Source: Thermoplasmata archaeon (lineage in GTDB: Archaea > Thermoplasmatota > Thermoplasmata > Lutacidiplasmatales > UBA184). Taken from it: a stretch of DNA of 64,000 nucleotides. The stretch lies in NCBI GenBank assembly GCA_027314165.1, contig DAHVCH010000002.1, forward strand, positions 103,716 to 167,715, written 5' to 3'. The notes under the pieces were generated by a model. That model made no database searches, was not told the origin of the DNA, and worked only from the letters and a program-made list of their open reading frames with translations. A program made the position numbers and the translations under genes. Positions 37,359 to 45,514 of the stretch are shown here, one piece after another (the stretch's first letter is position 1; every line of letters begins with the position of its first letter).

Positions 37359-37814
37359 ATGACCCATCCTAAGGAAGTCCCCGCAAGCCACCTCCTGCCG
37401 AGGCTGGCCGCCGAGCTCAGGAACAACGCCTCGATCAAGCCCCCCGTCTGGGCGGCGTACGCGCGCACCGGTGTCCACACCGAGCGTGCCCCCGTGCAGG
37501 CCGACTGGTGGTACCTTCGGACCGCTTCGGTCCTCCGCAAGCTCCACACGGTTGGCCCATCCGGTGTCAGCAACCTGGCGGCCACCTATGGTGGTCGGCG
37601 GGACCGGGGCAGCGCGCCCTACCACGCGCGCAAGGGCAGCCGCTCGGTCGCCCGCGAGATCCTCCAGCAGCTCGAGAAGGCGGGGCTCGTCCAGCAGGTC
37701 CGGCTACGGGGACGCTCCCTGTCGCCTCAGGGCCAGAAGCTCCTCTCCAAGGTCTCCGGCGAGGCCTTCAAGGCCCTCGCCGAGAAGGACCCGTCGCTCA
37801 AGAAATACCTCTGA
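37359..37814 (+). CDS. rps19e: 30S ribosomal protein S19e
   Basis: KPPVWAAYARTG..ERAP....WWY.R.ASVLRK.....GV..L...YGG signature. ATG at 37359. Confidence 0.95.
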   Translation: MTHPKEVPASHLLPRLAAELRNNASIKPPVWAAYARTGVHTERAPVQADWWYLRTASVLRKLHTVGPSGVSNLAATYGGRRDRGSAPYHARKGSRSVAREILQQLEKAGLVQQVRLRGRSLSPQGQKLLSKVSGEAFKALAEKDPSLKKYL

Positions 37815-37919
37815 CGCCTCTCCAGGCATCACCCCGGTCGGTCGAGCGAGCGGATGGAGCGTGGCTTGGCACAGCGGAAGCAGCTCGGACGACCGGACGG
37901 AACAGGAGGGAGAAAGCGC

Positions 37920-38282
37920 ATGGCCCAGGGCGGTGAGGATACGGAGCTCGAGGAGCTGCGCCGGCGGCGCATCGCGTCGCTCCAATCCCAGCTCTCCGCC
38001 GGTCAGGTCGACCCGAACTTCCTCGCGGCGCAGCAGGCCGAGATGGAACGCCGTTCGTCCGAGCAGCGGGATGCACTTCGGAAGATCCTGACCCCGGAGG
38101 CCCGGGAGCGCCTCGGCAGGATCCGACTGGCGAAGCCCGACGTGGCCCAGTCCGTCGAACAGCAGATCCTCTCCCTCGCGGCGTCCGGGCGGCTCCGCCG
38201 TCAGATCGATGACGAGACGCTGCGTCAGATCTTGGAGCGGCTCATGCCCGAGAAGCGGGAGATCAAGATCACCCGCCGATGA
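37920..38282 (+). CDS. DNA-binding protein, PDCD5/TFAR19 family
   Basis: ILTPEARERLGRIRLAKPDVAQSVEQQIL core. It has the conserved archaeal position between rps19e and rpl39e. ATG at 37920 is preceded by AGGAGGG. Confidence 0.85.
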   Translation: MAQGGEDTELEELRRRRIASLQSQLSAGQVDPNFLAAQQAEMERRSSEQRDALRKILTPEARERLGRIRLAKPDVAQSVEQQILSLAASGRLRRQIDDETLRQILERLMPEKREIKITRR

Positions 38283-38330
38283 GCTAACGATTTAAACCGG
38301 TCGAGGGAGGGTAGGGAGCGTTCAAGGACC

Positions 38331-38489
38331 ATGGCGAGCCGTCACAAGCCCTTCGCACGGAAGCTTCGGCTCCTCCGTGCGGTCAAACAGAACCGTCGAG
38401 TCCCCGCCTGGGTCATGCAGAGGACCTCCCGCCGATTCACGAAGCACCCGAAGCGTCGCAGCTGGCGCCGGGGCCACATGCAGCTCTAG
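38331..38489 (+). CDS. rpl39e: 50S ribosomal protein L39e
   Basis: Not on the ORF track (52 aa). I translated it by hand as [52 protein letters not shown]-stop, a typical L39e. A TTTAAA element lies about 38 nt upstream. Confidence 0.9.
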   Translation: MASRHKPFARKLRLLRAVKQNRRVPAWVMQRTSRRFTKHPKRRSWRRGHMQL

Positions 38490-38513
38490 GGGCGGAGGCG
38501 AGGTCGGTCGGAC

Positions 38514-38810
38514 ATGGCGAAGGAAGAGAAGACCCGTATCGAGGAGCTCGAGCGAGAGTTCATCGTGCCGCTCCGTGCGAGCCAGCACGCCCCGCCGCGC
38601 CGGGAGCGCGCGAGCCACTCCATCCTGACGATCAAGCGCTTCATGGTCCGCCACATGAAGGGCGAGATGAAGGACATCTGGATCGACCCTCGTCTCAACG
38701 AGTTCCTCTGGGAGCGTTCCATCGCGCACGTCCCCTCGAAGGTGCGCGTGAAGGCGATCCGGTTCGAGGACGGCCTCGTTGAGGTCGACCTGGCCGAGGA
38801 CGAGAGCTAG
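38514..38810 (+). CDS. rpl31e: 50S ribosomal protein L31e
   Basis: REFIVPLR...RRERA...I..F..RHMK......ID..LNE.LW.R L31e pattern. Confidence 0.95.
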   Translation: MAKEEKTRIEELEREFIVPLRASQHAPPRRERASHSILTIKRFMVRHMKGEMKDIWIDPRLNEFLWERSIAHVPSKVRVKAIRFEDGLVEVDLAEDES

Positions 38811-38843
38811 GGAGGACCCACCTCCCCGGGGGCAGGGCTCAGT

Positions 38844-39509
38844 TTGCCGGTCGGCAAGGCCTCATACTCTGGCAGCCCCTATCTCGGGGTCTACCTCCGC
38901 GTGGGAGAGAAGCTCGCGGTCGCGCCTCCCTCGTGCCCGGGCGAGCTCGTCCGGGCCAGCGAGCACACGCTCGGAGTGAAGGTCATTCGGAGCCGCGTCG
39001 GGGACACCGAGCTCGTCGGCTCGCTTCTCGCGCTCAACGACCGCGGGGCGGTGCTTTCCGAGGAGCTGACGCCGCTCGAGCGCAGCCACCTCGAAGAACA
39101 CCTGAACGTCACCATCCTGAGGAGCCGGCTGAACGCCCTGGGGAACAACATTCTCGCCAACAACAAGGGCGCCGTCTGCCACCCGGATTTCACCCCGGAC
39201 CAGCGGCGCCGCCTCTCCGAGGCCCTCGGGGTCCCGGTCGTCCCCTCGACCGTCGCGGGGCTGGGGACGGTGGCCATGGCCGCCGTGACCACGGACCGCG
39301 GCACCGTCGTCCACCCCCGGGCCACCCCAAAGGAGGTCGAGGTCCTCGAGCAGGCGCTCGGGGTCCCGGCCCACCGTTCCACGGCGAACTTCGGGGTGCC
39401 CCTGGTCGGAGCGTGCATCGTCGCGAACTCTCGCGGGGTCCTGGTCGGAGACCCGACCACGCCCGTGGAGGTCGTCCACATCCAGGAAGGGCTGCGCATC
39501 TTCGACTGA
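38844..39509 (+). CDS. eif6: translation initiation factor 6 (aIF6)
   Basis: Five-fold pseudo-repeat with GSPYLGVY, VGSLLALNDRGAV, LGNNILANNKGAV, VAMAAVTTDRGTV, and VGACIVANSRGVL. TTG start. Confidence 0.95.
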   Translation: MPVGKASYSGSPYLGVYLRVGEKLAVAPPSCPGELVRASEHTLGVKVIRSRVGDTELVGSLLALNDRGAVLSEELTPLERSHLEEHLNVTILRSRLNALGNNILANNKGAVCHPDFTPDQRRRLSEALGVPVVPSTVAGLGTVAMAAVTTDRGTVVHPRATPKEVEVLEQALGVPAHRSTANFGVPLVGACIVANSRGVLVGDPTTPVEVVHIQEGLRIFD

Positions 39510-39792
39510 ACGGGCGAGGCTCCCCGACCGCCAAGCGCGGGAGTGGGCTCGATCCCAACGCTCTCAGATCGTGCTCTCGAGCGCACCGCCTTGGGAGGGG
39601 GGGCGAGGAGGGGGTGTGTCGCTCGGGGACCGGGGTCGCCGGCCCCTCGTCGCCCTTTCCGGGGTTCGTGGAGGCCCTTCAGGGCCCTTTCGCGGCCCGA
39701 AGGCTACGGCGCCCCCTGAAGCTGGACCACCGAACTGCGCAGCGTGCCATCGGGAAATCTTCGACCGCTCCCGGCCGCCCGACAGGGCGGGC

Positions 39793-40026
39793 CTAGGCGA
39801 CCACGCGCTTCTGGCGCTTGTAGTACCGCGTCACGTACCCGGCGATGCGGTTGGCGAGCTTCTTGAACTTCACCCGGTCCACACCCGTGGGCCCCTTCTC
39901 GACAAGGTCCGTGAGCTCCAGGACCTTCGTGTGGTTGTGCTTGTAGTCCGCCGTGAACGCGTCGGGGTGGAGCTTCACCAGCTCGATGGCGACGCGCTTG
40001 ATGTACGTTTGGCGGATGTTTCCCAT
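39793..40026 (-). CDS. rps17e: 30S ribosomal protein S17e
   Basis: MGNIRQTYIKRVAIEL......F..D...NK S17e N-terminus. 77 aa. Confidence 0.95.
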   Translation of the reverse strand: MGNIRQTYIKRVAIELVKLHPDAFTADYKHNHTKVLELTDLVEKGPTGVDRVKFKKLANRIAGYVTRYYKRQKRVVA

Positions 40027-40102
40027 GCGCGGCCGCCCACTTTCGACCCGTTCATAACGGTTTCCGTCTCGGCGAGGGCGAGGGAGCGCCGCTCCGGGGC
40101 CC

Positions 40103-41416
40103 TCAACCGAGCCCGACGGACTTGGCCGAGTGGTCGTCGCTCCCCGCGCTCACCGGACCGGTGCCGAGCGCGTGGCGGACCCGGTGGATCGCCTCCGCGC
40201 TCGTGAGGACGAAGGCCGTGCTCCCCGCGCGGATCACGAAATCGTCGTGGGGGTTGCTGAGCATCTTGCCCTCCTGCATCACGAGCAGGACGGGGGCGAG
40301 CGCGTTCAGGCGGGCGAAGGTGATGTCGTGGCCCTTCGGCACCTCGAACTCGGCCAGGTAGCGCCCCGGGACCTTCGAGGAGAGGATGACGCCGGCGACC
40401 TCCCTCGAGACCGCGGAGAGCCCCAGGAGGTCCCCGAGGATGTTGGCGGTAGGGACGACGACGTCGGCCCCCGCCATCTTGGCCGAGGGAACGAGGTCGC
40501 TGTCGTGGACCACGGTGATGATGCGCAGTTCCGGATGGACCTTGTTCGCGTAGAGGATCGCGATGAGGTTGTCCGGGTCCTCTCCGAAGGTGCAGATCAT
40601 CGTCGAGGCCCTACGGACCCCGACCTCCTCGAGCGCCTTGTGGAACTCGGCGACCGTGCTCGCGAAGGCGGGGACCCCCTGATTGCGCAGCCGGGCCAGG
40701 TCCTGGTCGTGGCGGACGATCACGACGTACGGGACGTCCATGTCCTGGAGCTTCTGGCCGACGTACTGGCCCAGGTAGGAGTAGCCCATGACGATGACAT
40801 GGTCCTTCATCTTCTCCACCTCCCTCCGCAGGACCTCTTCGGTCCACAGCTCTCGGTTCACCATCTGCGACATGACCGTCTGCACGATGCTCGCGGCAGC
40901 CCCCACGCTGACCAGGAAGATGATGATGAAGGCGACCTTCACGTTGTCCGGCAGAAGGACCAGGTTCGGGGGAGCGTAGATCCCGATCGTGGTGATGGTC
41001 GAAACCGAGGCCAGGAGGGCCCCCACGAAGTCCATCGTGGGGTTCTGCAGCTGGACCCGCTCGGCATAGAACAGCGCGGCGGAGGAGAAGAACATCGCCA
41101 GCAGCACGACGAGCTGCACCCAGAGATGGCGCAGGACCGCTCCCGGCGCGTAGAGGAGGATGTCGGTCTTCCGGTAGACCTTTCGCCCGGCTTTCTTCCT
41201 GACCTCTTCCTGCGGAGTCAGCGAAGCTCCGGAGAGCGCCTCGGGGGAGTTCGCGCGCGCGGCCGCGGCGGCGACCCCCAGCTCGGTGATCCTTGCTGCG
41301 GCACGGCTCGAGCGCCGTAGGCCACGACCGCGAGGTGGGTGCGGGTCGATCACGATAGCCCTCGAAATCCCCCCTCCTAAGAGCGTTGCCCCGGGGAGGG
41401 TCCGGGACCCGCCCAC
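40103..41416 (-). CDS. 2-TM pore-loop cation channel with RCK (TrkA-N/TrkA-C) domains, MthK-like, non-canonical selectivity filter
   Basis: TM1, pore helix and filter (LLASVSTITTIGIYAPP), TM2, then a Rossmann motif HVIVMGYSYLGQYV and a TrkA-C-like C-terminus. The start is uncertain (GTG 41416 is 25 nt after the upstream stop). Confidence 0.8.
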   Translation of the reverse strand: MGGSRTLPGATLLGGGISRAIVIDPHPPRGRGLRRSSRAAARITELGVAAAAARANSPEALSGASLTPQEEVRKKAGRKVYRKTDILLYAPGAVLRHLWVQLVVLLAMFFSSAALFYAERVQLQNPTMDFVGALLASVSTITTIGIYAPPNLVLLPDNVKVAFIIIFLVSVGAAASIVQTVMSQMVNRELWTEEVLRREVEKMKDHVIVMGYSYLGQYVGQKLQDMDVPYVVIVRHDQDLARLRNQGVPAFASTVAEFHKALEEVGVRRASTMICTFGEDPDNLIAILYANKVHPELRIITVVHDSDLVPSAKMAGADVVVPTANILGDLLGLSAVSREVAGVILSSKVPGRYLAEFEVPKGHDITFARLNALAPVLLVMQEGKMLSNPHDDFVIRAGSTAFVLTSAEAIHRVRHALGTGPVSAGSDDHSAKSVGLG

Positions 41417-41441
41417 GCCCGGGACCTCCCCCCTGAGGGGA

Positions 41442-42137
41442 TCAGCCGCTGAGGAGCGAGTACCAGGTCAGGGGGCCCACGAGCGCCAGGAAGATCGCGA
41501 GAAGGACCGCAATGACCCCGAGCTCCACCCAGGCGCGGGGGTCCCGGATCCGCTTGTCGTGCCGGCCGAGCGCAAGGAGGAAGAGCCCCCCCGCGAAGAC
41601 GACCAAGAGGCCCTCGACGACGGGGGAGAGCGTCCAGCGCGAGAACACGACGGGGGCCAGGAGCGGGAGGCTCCCTCCGTCCACCGCGAGGTGGGTGAGG
41701 ACCGCGCCGCCGACGCCGAAGGCCATCCAGCCTCCTTTCCAGGCAAGGGCGACCACGACGGCCAGAGCCACGAAGAGAAGGGTGTGGGAGGGCCGGTAGA
41801 CCGCGGCCGGGACGACCAGCCCGAAGACGTGGTCGACGTCCAGGCCAAGCGAGAGGGCAGGGGCCAGCAGGTAGAGGCGCCGGTCGCGTGCGGGAATGGC
41901 CACGAGCAGGCCGGTGGCGAGGTGCCACACCGCGTCGATCGCGTCGGCTTGGCCCGGATGGGACGCGGCGTGGGACTGGACGTGGACCGCCCCGGCGAGG
42001 AGGTTCACCAGCGCTGCCCACCCCAGGTCGAGCAGGAGGAAGACCGCCACGAAGGGGAGCAAGGGACGGCCGAGCCGCCAGACCTCCCGTGCGAAGCGGG
42101 TGGGGAAGCTCTCTCGGTCCACGGGCGCGGCGGTCAT
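41442..42137 (-). CDS. polytopic membrane protein, possibly a membrane-bound metal-dependent hydrolase (YdjM/DUF457-like)
   Basis: About 6 hydrophobic helices with conserved-looking His/Asp positions (LGLDVDHVFG, THLAVDGG). ATG at 42137 preferred over TTG at 42170. Confidence 0.5.
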   Translation of the reverse strand: MTAAPVDRESFPTRFAREVWRLGRPLLPFVAVFLLLDLGWAALVNLLAGAVHVQSHAASHPGQADAIDAVWHLATGLLVAIPARDRRLYLLAPALSLGLDVDHVFGLVVPAAVYRPSHTLLFVALAVVVALAWKGGWMAFGVGGAVLTHLAVDGGSLPLLAPVVFSRWTLSPVVEGLLVVFAGGLFLLALGRHDKRIRDPRAWVELGVIAVLLAIFLALVGPLTWYSLLSG

Positions 42138-42272
42138 TCGTTCCGACCGACAGCGCGAACCGGCGCTCAAGGCGCTTTCCGGTTCCCCCGCGACAGGGGT
42201 CGGACGAGGGCGAGAGCCCGGCCGCCATGCCCAGGGGACAGCGCGGTCCCCCGCCCGCGTATCCTAGGGGGG

Positions 42273-45212
42273 CTAACGGATGCGCTCGAGCGAGAAGCTC
42301 CCGAGCTGGATCGACCTCTGCGTGAAGCGGTAGTCGACCCACTGCCGGGACTGGACGTCACCGAGCCCCAGGATCTGCAACTGGGTCTTGCCCCGCTCGG
42401 TCTGGAACTGGACCGCGCCGTCCATCTGCGAGACGATTCCCTGGACCTGCTGCTCGCTGTGCATCCCGCGGTCGACGCTGTAGGCGCCGAGGCTCCCCTT
42501 CGGGCGCAGGATCCCCAGGACGTTCTGGACGAAGGCCGCCGCACCCTTCTCGTCGGTCTGCGTGATGCAGGCGGAGAGCGTCAGGAAGGCCACACGGAAG
42601 CCGGTCTTGGCCTTCTCCATGTCCGCGGCGTGCCGGGAGATCGCCTGCAGGATCCCGACCATGTCGGCCGGGCCCTTGACCGTGCTCCCGCGCGCGGCCC
42701 TCGAGTCCGTCCCGGCGACCCCGGCCGGGTTGGAGGCGTCGACCCATACGAGCCGGCCCGCGCCCTCGTACTCCATCAGCGACGGGACGAGCACGCCCAG
42801 CTCCTTGGCGGTCTCCGAAGGCGATCGGCTCGTGGTGACGATGATGGCCCCCTCGCCCTTCCTCAGCCCTTCGGCCAGGAAGGCGTAGATCGCCACTTCC
42901 TTGCCCACGAAGGACGGGCCCACGAAGCCCACCTGGGCGCGTTCGGGGAAGCCCCCGAGCAGCAGGTCGTCCAGACGTGGCGTGCCCGTCGACACCTTCC
43001 CCGGCCGCGTCACCGAAGGCGTGGGGCCGATCGAGAGCATGCCCCCGGCCTCCTCGGCAGGGGCGGCCGCGGCGCCCTGGCGCTCGCGCTCGTACTGCTG
43101 GGCGCGGAGCTTCTGCTCGCGGTCTCCCAGCTGGCGCTCACGGAGCTCCAGCGCCTTCTCACGGTCCCGTAGCGCCTGGGAGATCGCCGTGTCCGCCTCG
43201 GCGCGGGACGGTGCGAGCCGCGCGGTGGTCTCCTCCAGACGGGCGCTGCGGACCCGGAGGTCCGCGAGCTGGGCCTCCACGGCGCGCTTCTGGGCGGAGG
43301 CCTCCTGCGTCATCCGTTCGGACTCCTCCCGGCGCTGCTGGACCTCCCGCTCGCGCTCCTGGAGCTTCTGCTCACGCAGGGTCGCGCTTGTCTCGCGGTC
43401 CTTCAGCTGGTTCAGCATGAGGCTCGATTGGCTCTCGACGAGCGTGCTCTTCTTCGTCGCGTCGAAGTACTTCCGGATCTCCTCTTCGTGACGCTTCGTC
43501 GCGCCCTTGAGGAGGTCGAGCTCGACCTCGTACTGCTTCTCCTTGGCCGAGAGCGCCGCCTCGCGGTTGGCGACCCCCTTCTCACGCTCGAGGATCGTGG
43601 AGGCCACCTGCTGGAGCTCGAGTCGGCGGCGTTCGACGGCCTGCTCCTTCTGGCCGGCCGCGTTGACGCGGTCGGAGACCTCGGCGCGTTGCGCCTCGAT
43701 CGCGGCCTCCCTCCGGGAGATCTCGGCGTCCTTCGCCTGGACGCGCGAACGGGCGTCGGGCGGCAGGACCAAGGAGGACTCCTTCGAGCGGACCTCGGCC
43801 TCCTTCGCGGTGGCCGCCGCGAAGCGCACCTCGGCCTCGTGCAAACGTCCCTGCGCGGTCTGGTCCACGATGCGGGCCTGGGCCTCCTGCCGGGCGACCT
43901 CCGCCTGGCGGTTCTGGACCTCGAGCTCCTTCTGGCGGACCCCCTGCTCCCGGTCGAGCAGGTTCTTTTCGCGGTCGCCGAGCCGCTGGAACCCGGTCTG
44001 CATCTCGTGCTCCCGGGCGGCGATCTGAGCGTTCCTTTCCTTGAGCGAGGCCTCGGAAGCGGTCACCTCGGCGGCCCGGGGGAGCAGCGCCTGCTCGCGG
44101 GCCCCCACCTCGTCGCCCTTCCCCCGCAGGTGCTTGTCCAGGGTCTCGAGCTCCTGGCGGCGGTCCTCGAGGAACCGGGCCCGCTCGACGAGCGTCCCTT
44201 CCTGGGCCTCGACGTCCGCCTCGCGTCGGGAGAGCGCTTCCTCCCGGAACATCGCCGCCTCGTTGCGGGTGGAGAGCTCCTGGGAGAGGGCGAAGAGCTT
44301 CTCGTGGCTGCCGGCGACGACCTCGCGCTCCTGGGCACGGGTGGCGCTCGCCATCAGGTGGAGCTGCGCGCCGCTCGCCGTGTAGAGGAACGCGGCGAAG
44401 CTGAAGGTGATCGAGAGCGCCAGGTTGAAGGCGCCCCCTCGAGACCCGAGCGCCCCCACGTTGTTGATGGGGGCCAGGGAGAAGGAGAGGGGGATGGCCA
44501 GGACCGGCGGCAGGATGGCCATGCCGACGCTGAAGATCTTCCGGTAGGGCCAGCCGCGCCAGGTGGTCCCCAGGGAGACCATCCCCAGGCTGAGGGCGAT
44601 CAGCACGAGGATGTAGATCACTCCCGAGAGGGAGACCAGCAGGTCGGGCTTCTTCCCGGTGAAATGGAAGGCGTAGATCACGGTCAGGGCGATCGAGAGG
44701 CCGAGCGCGGCCACGGTGACCGCGAAGTGGTCCTCGAACGGCCAGAACCCGTAGGTGTCGTACTTCTCGATGAACACCGCCGCAGAGAGGAAGAGCGAAG
44801 CGGCCAGAGGGAGCGCGAGGGGCAGCTGGTTGGTGATGACGGAGTCCAGGAAGGCCCCGACCTGACCCACCGTCGAGAGGGCGGAGGACCCGACGAAGAG
44901 GGCGATCGCGGAGTCCACGATGAGCAGGAGGCCGACAATGAATCCGAAGGCGAGGGCCTGGCGTCCCAGGCGGAGCTGGAAGAGGGCCTCGGCCCGGGCC
45001 CGCCCCATGTCCACCACCGTGGGAACGGTCGAGCGGCCGCGCCGCCCGCTCCTCGGCGGGGCGGTCTCGCGGGGCGCTGCCCCCGAGCCGTCGGCGGGGG
45101 AGCCGTCCGTCCCGGCGCCGGAGGCGGAGTCTGCCGAGGACCCCCAGGAGCCCTCCACGGGCCCGGACGGGGCCGCGGGAAGCCTTCGTGAGGTGGTCTT
45201 CCGCTTCGCCAT
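42273..45212 (-). CDS. multidomain protein: polytopic membrane domain + long coiled coil + C-terminal KaiC/RecA-like ATPase domain
   Basis: Residues about 75-330 contain 8-9 TM helices. Residues about 340-720 are heptad-rich E/R/A/L/Q sequence. The C-terminus GTPRLDDLLLGGFPERAQVGFVGPSFVGKEVAIYAFLAEG...WVDASNP is a KaiC-like domain with Walker A GxxxxGKE. ATG at 45212. Confidence 0.8.
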   Translation of the reverse strand: MAKRKTTSRRLPAAPSGPVEGSWGSSADSASGAGTDGSPADGSGAAPRETAPPRSGRRGRSTVPTVVDMGRARAEALFQLRLGRQALAFGFIVGLLLIVDSAIALFVGSSALSTVGQVGAFLDSVITNQLPLALPLAASLFLSAAVFIEKYDTYGFWPFEDHFAVTVAALGLSIALTVIYAFHFTGKKPDLLVSLSGVIYILVLIALSLGMVSLGTTWRGWPYRKIFSVGMAILPPVLAIPLSFSLAPINNVGALGSRGGAFNLALSITFSFAAFLYTASGAQLHLMASATRAQEREVVAGSHEKLFALSQELSTRNEAAMFREEALSRREADVEAQEGTLVERARFLEDRRQELETLDKHLRGKGDEVGAREQALLPRAAEVTASEASLKERNAQIAAREHEMQTGFQRLGDREKNLLDREQGVRQKELEVQNRQAEVARQEAQARIVDQTAQGRLHEAEVRFAAATAKEAEVRSKESSLVLPPDARSRVQAKDAEISRREAAIEAQRAEVSDRVNAAGQKEQAVERRRLELQQVASTILEREKGVANREAALSAKEKQYEVELDLLKGATKRHEEEIRKYFDATKKSTLVESQSSLMLNQLKDRETSATLREQKLQEREREVQQRREESERMTQEASAQKRAVEAQLADLRVRSARLEETTARLAPSRAEADTAISQALRDREKALELRERQLGDREQKLRAQQYERERQGAAAAPAEEAGGMLSIGPTPSVTRPGKVSTGTPRLDDLLLGGFPERAQVGFVGPSFVGKEVAIYAFLAEGLRKGEGAIIVTTSRSPSETAKELGVLVPSLMEYEGAGRLVWVDASNPAGVAGTDSRAARGSTVKGPADMVGILQAISRHAADMEKAKTGFRVAFLTLSACITQTDEKGAAAFVQNVLGILRPKGSLGAYSVDRGMHSEQQVQGIVSQMDGAVQFQTERGKTQLQILGLGDVQSRQWVDYRFTQRSIQLGSFSLERIR

Positions 45213-45514
45213 TCGTCTCTTGGGACCTATCCGCCCAGGTGGACCGTAAGATGACGCTACTTAAGGGAGTGAGGATGCAAGCGTTCCCAGGGCGCGCAGC
45301 GCGACACCCGAAGGTTCTCGAGAGATCGCGACCACAGGCTGCCGCGCACCGCGCGCATGGCGCGGCCTCGCGACATCCTTGAGCTAGAATGGTCTCGGGA
45401 GTATTTGGAGCCCTCGACCTCACACGGGTCGAACGCGACCCGGGCTCGGACGCGGTCGACGGGGCCCGCGTGCCGGTGCCCTCTCCTCCCTCCCGTGGTC
45501 GGGGGGGCCCCGGT

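Noticed and set aside
39510-39792. Calling this spacer SRP (7S) RNA or RNase P RNA
   Set aside because: I could not find the diagnostic motifs by eye, such as the helix 8 GGAA-capped AGCA/GGAA loops or the RNase P GAGGAAAGUCC-type CR-I. Only generic GC hairpins are present. It is left as an unassigned candidate in the findings.
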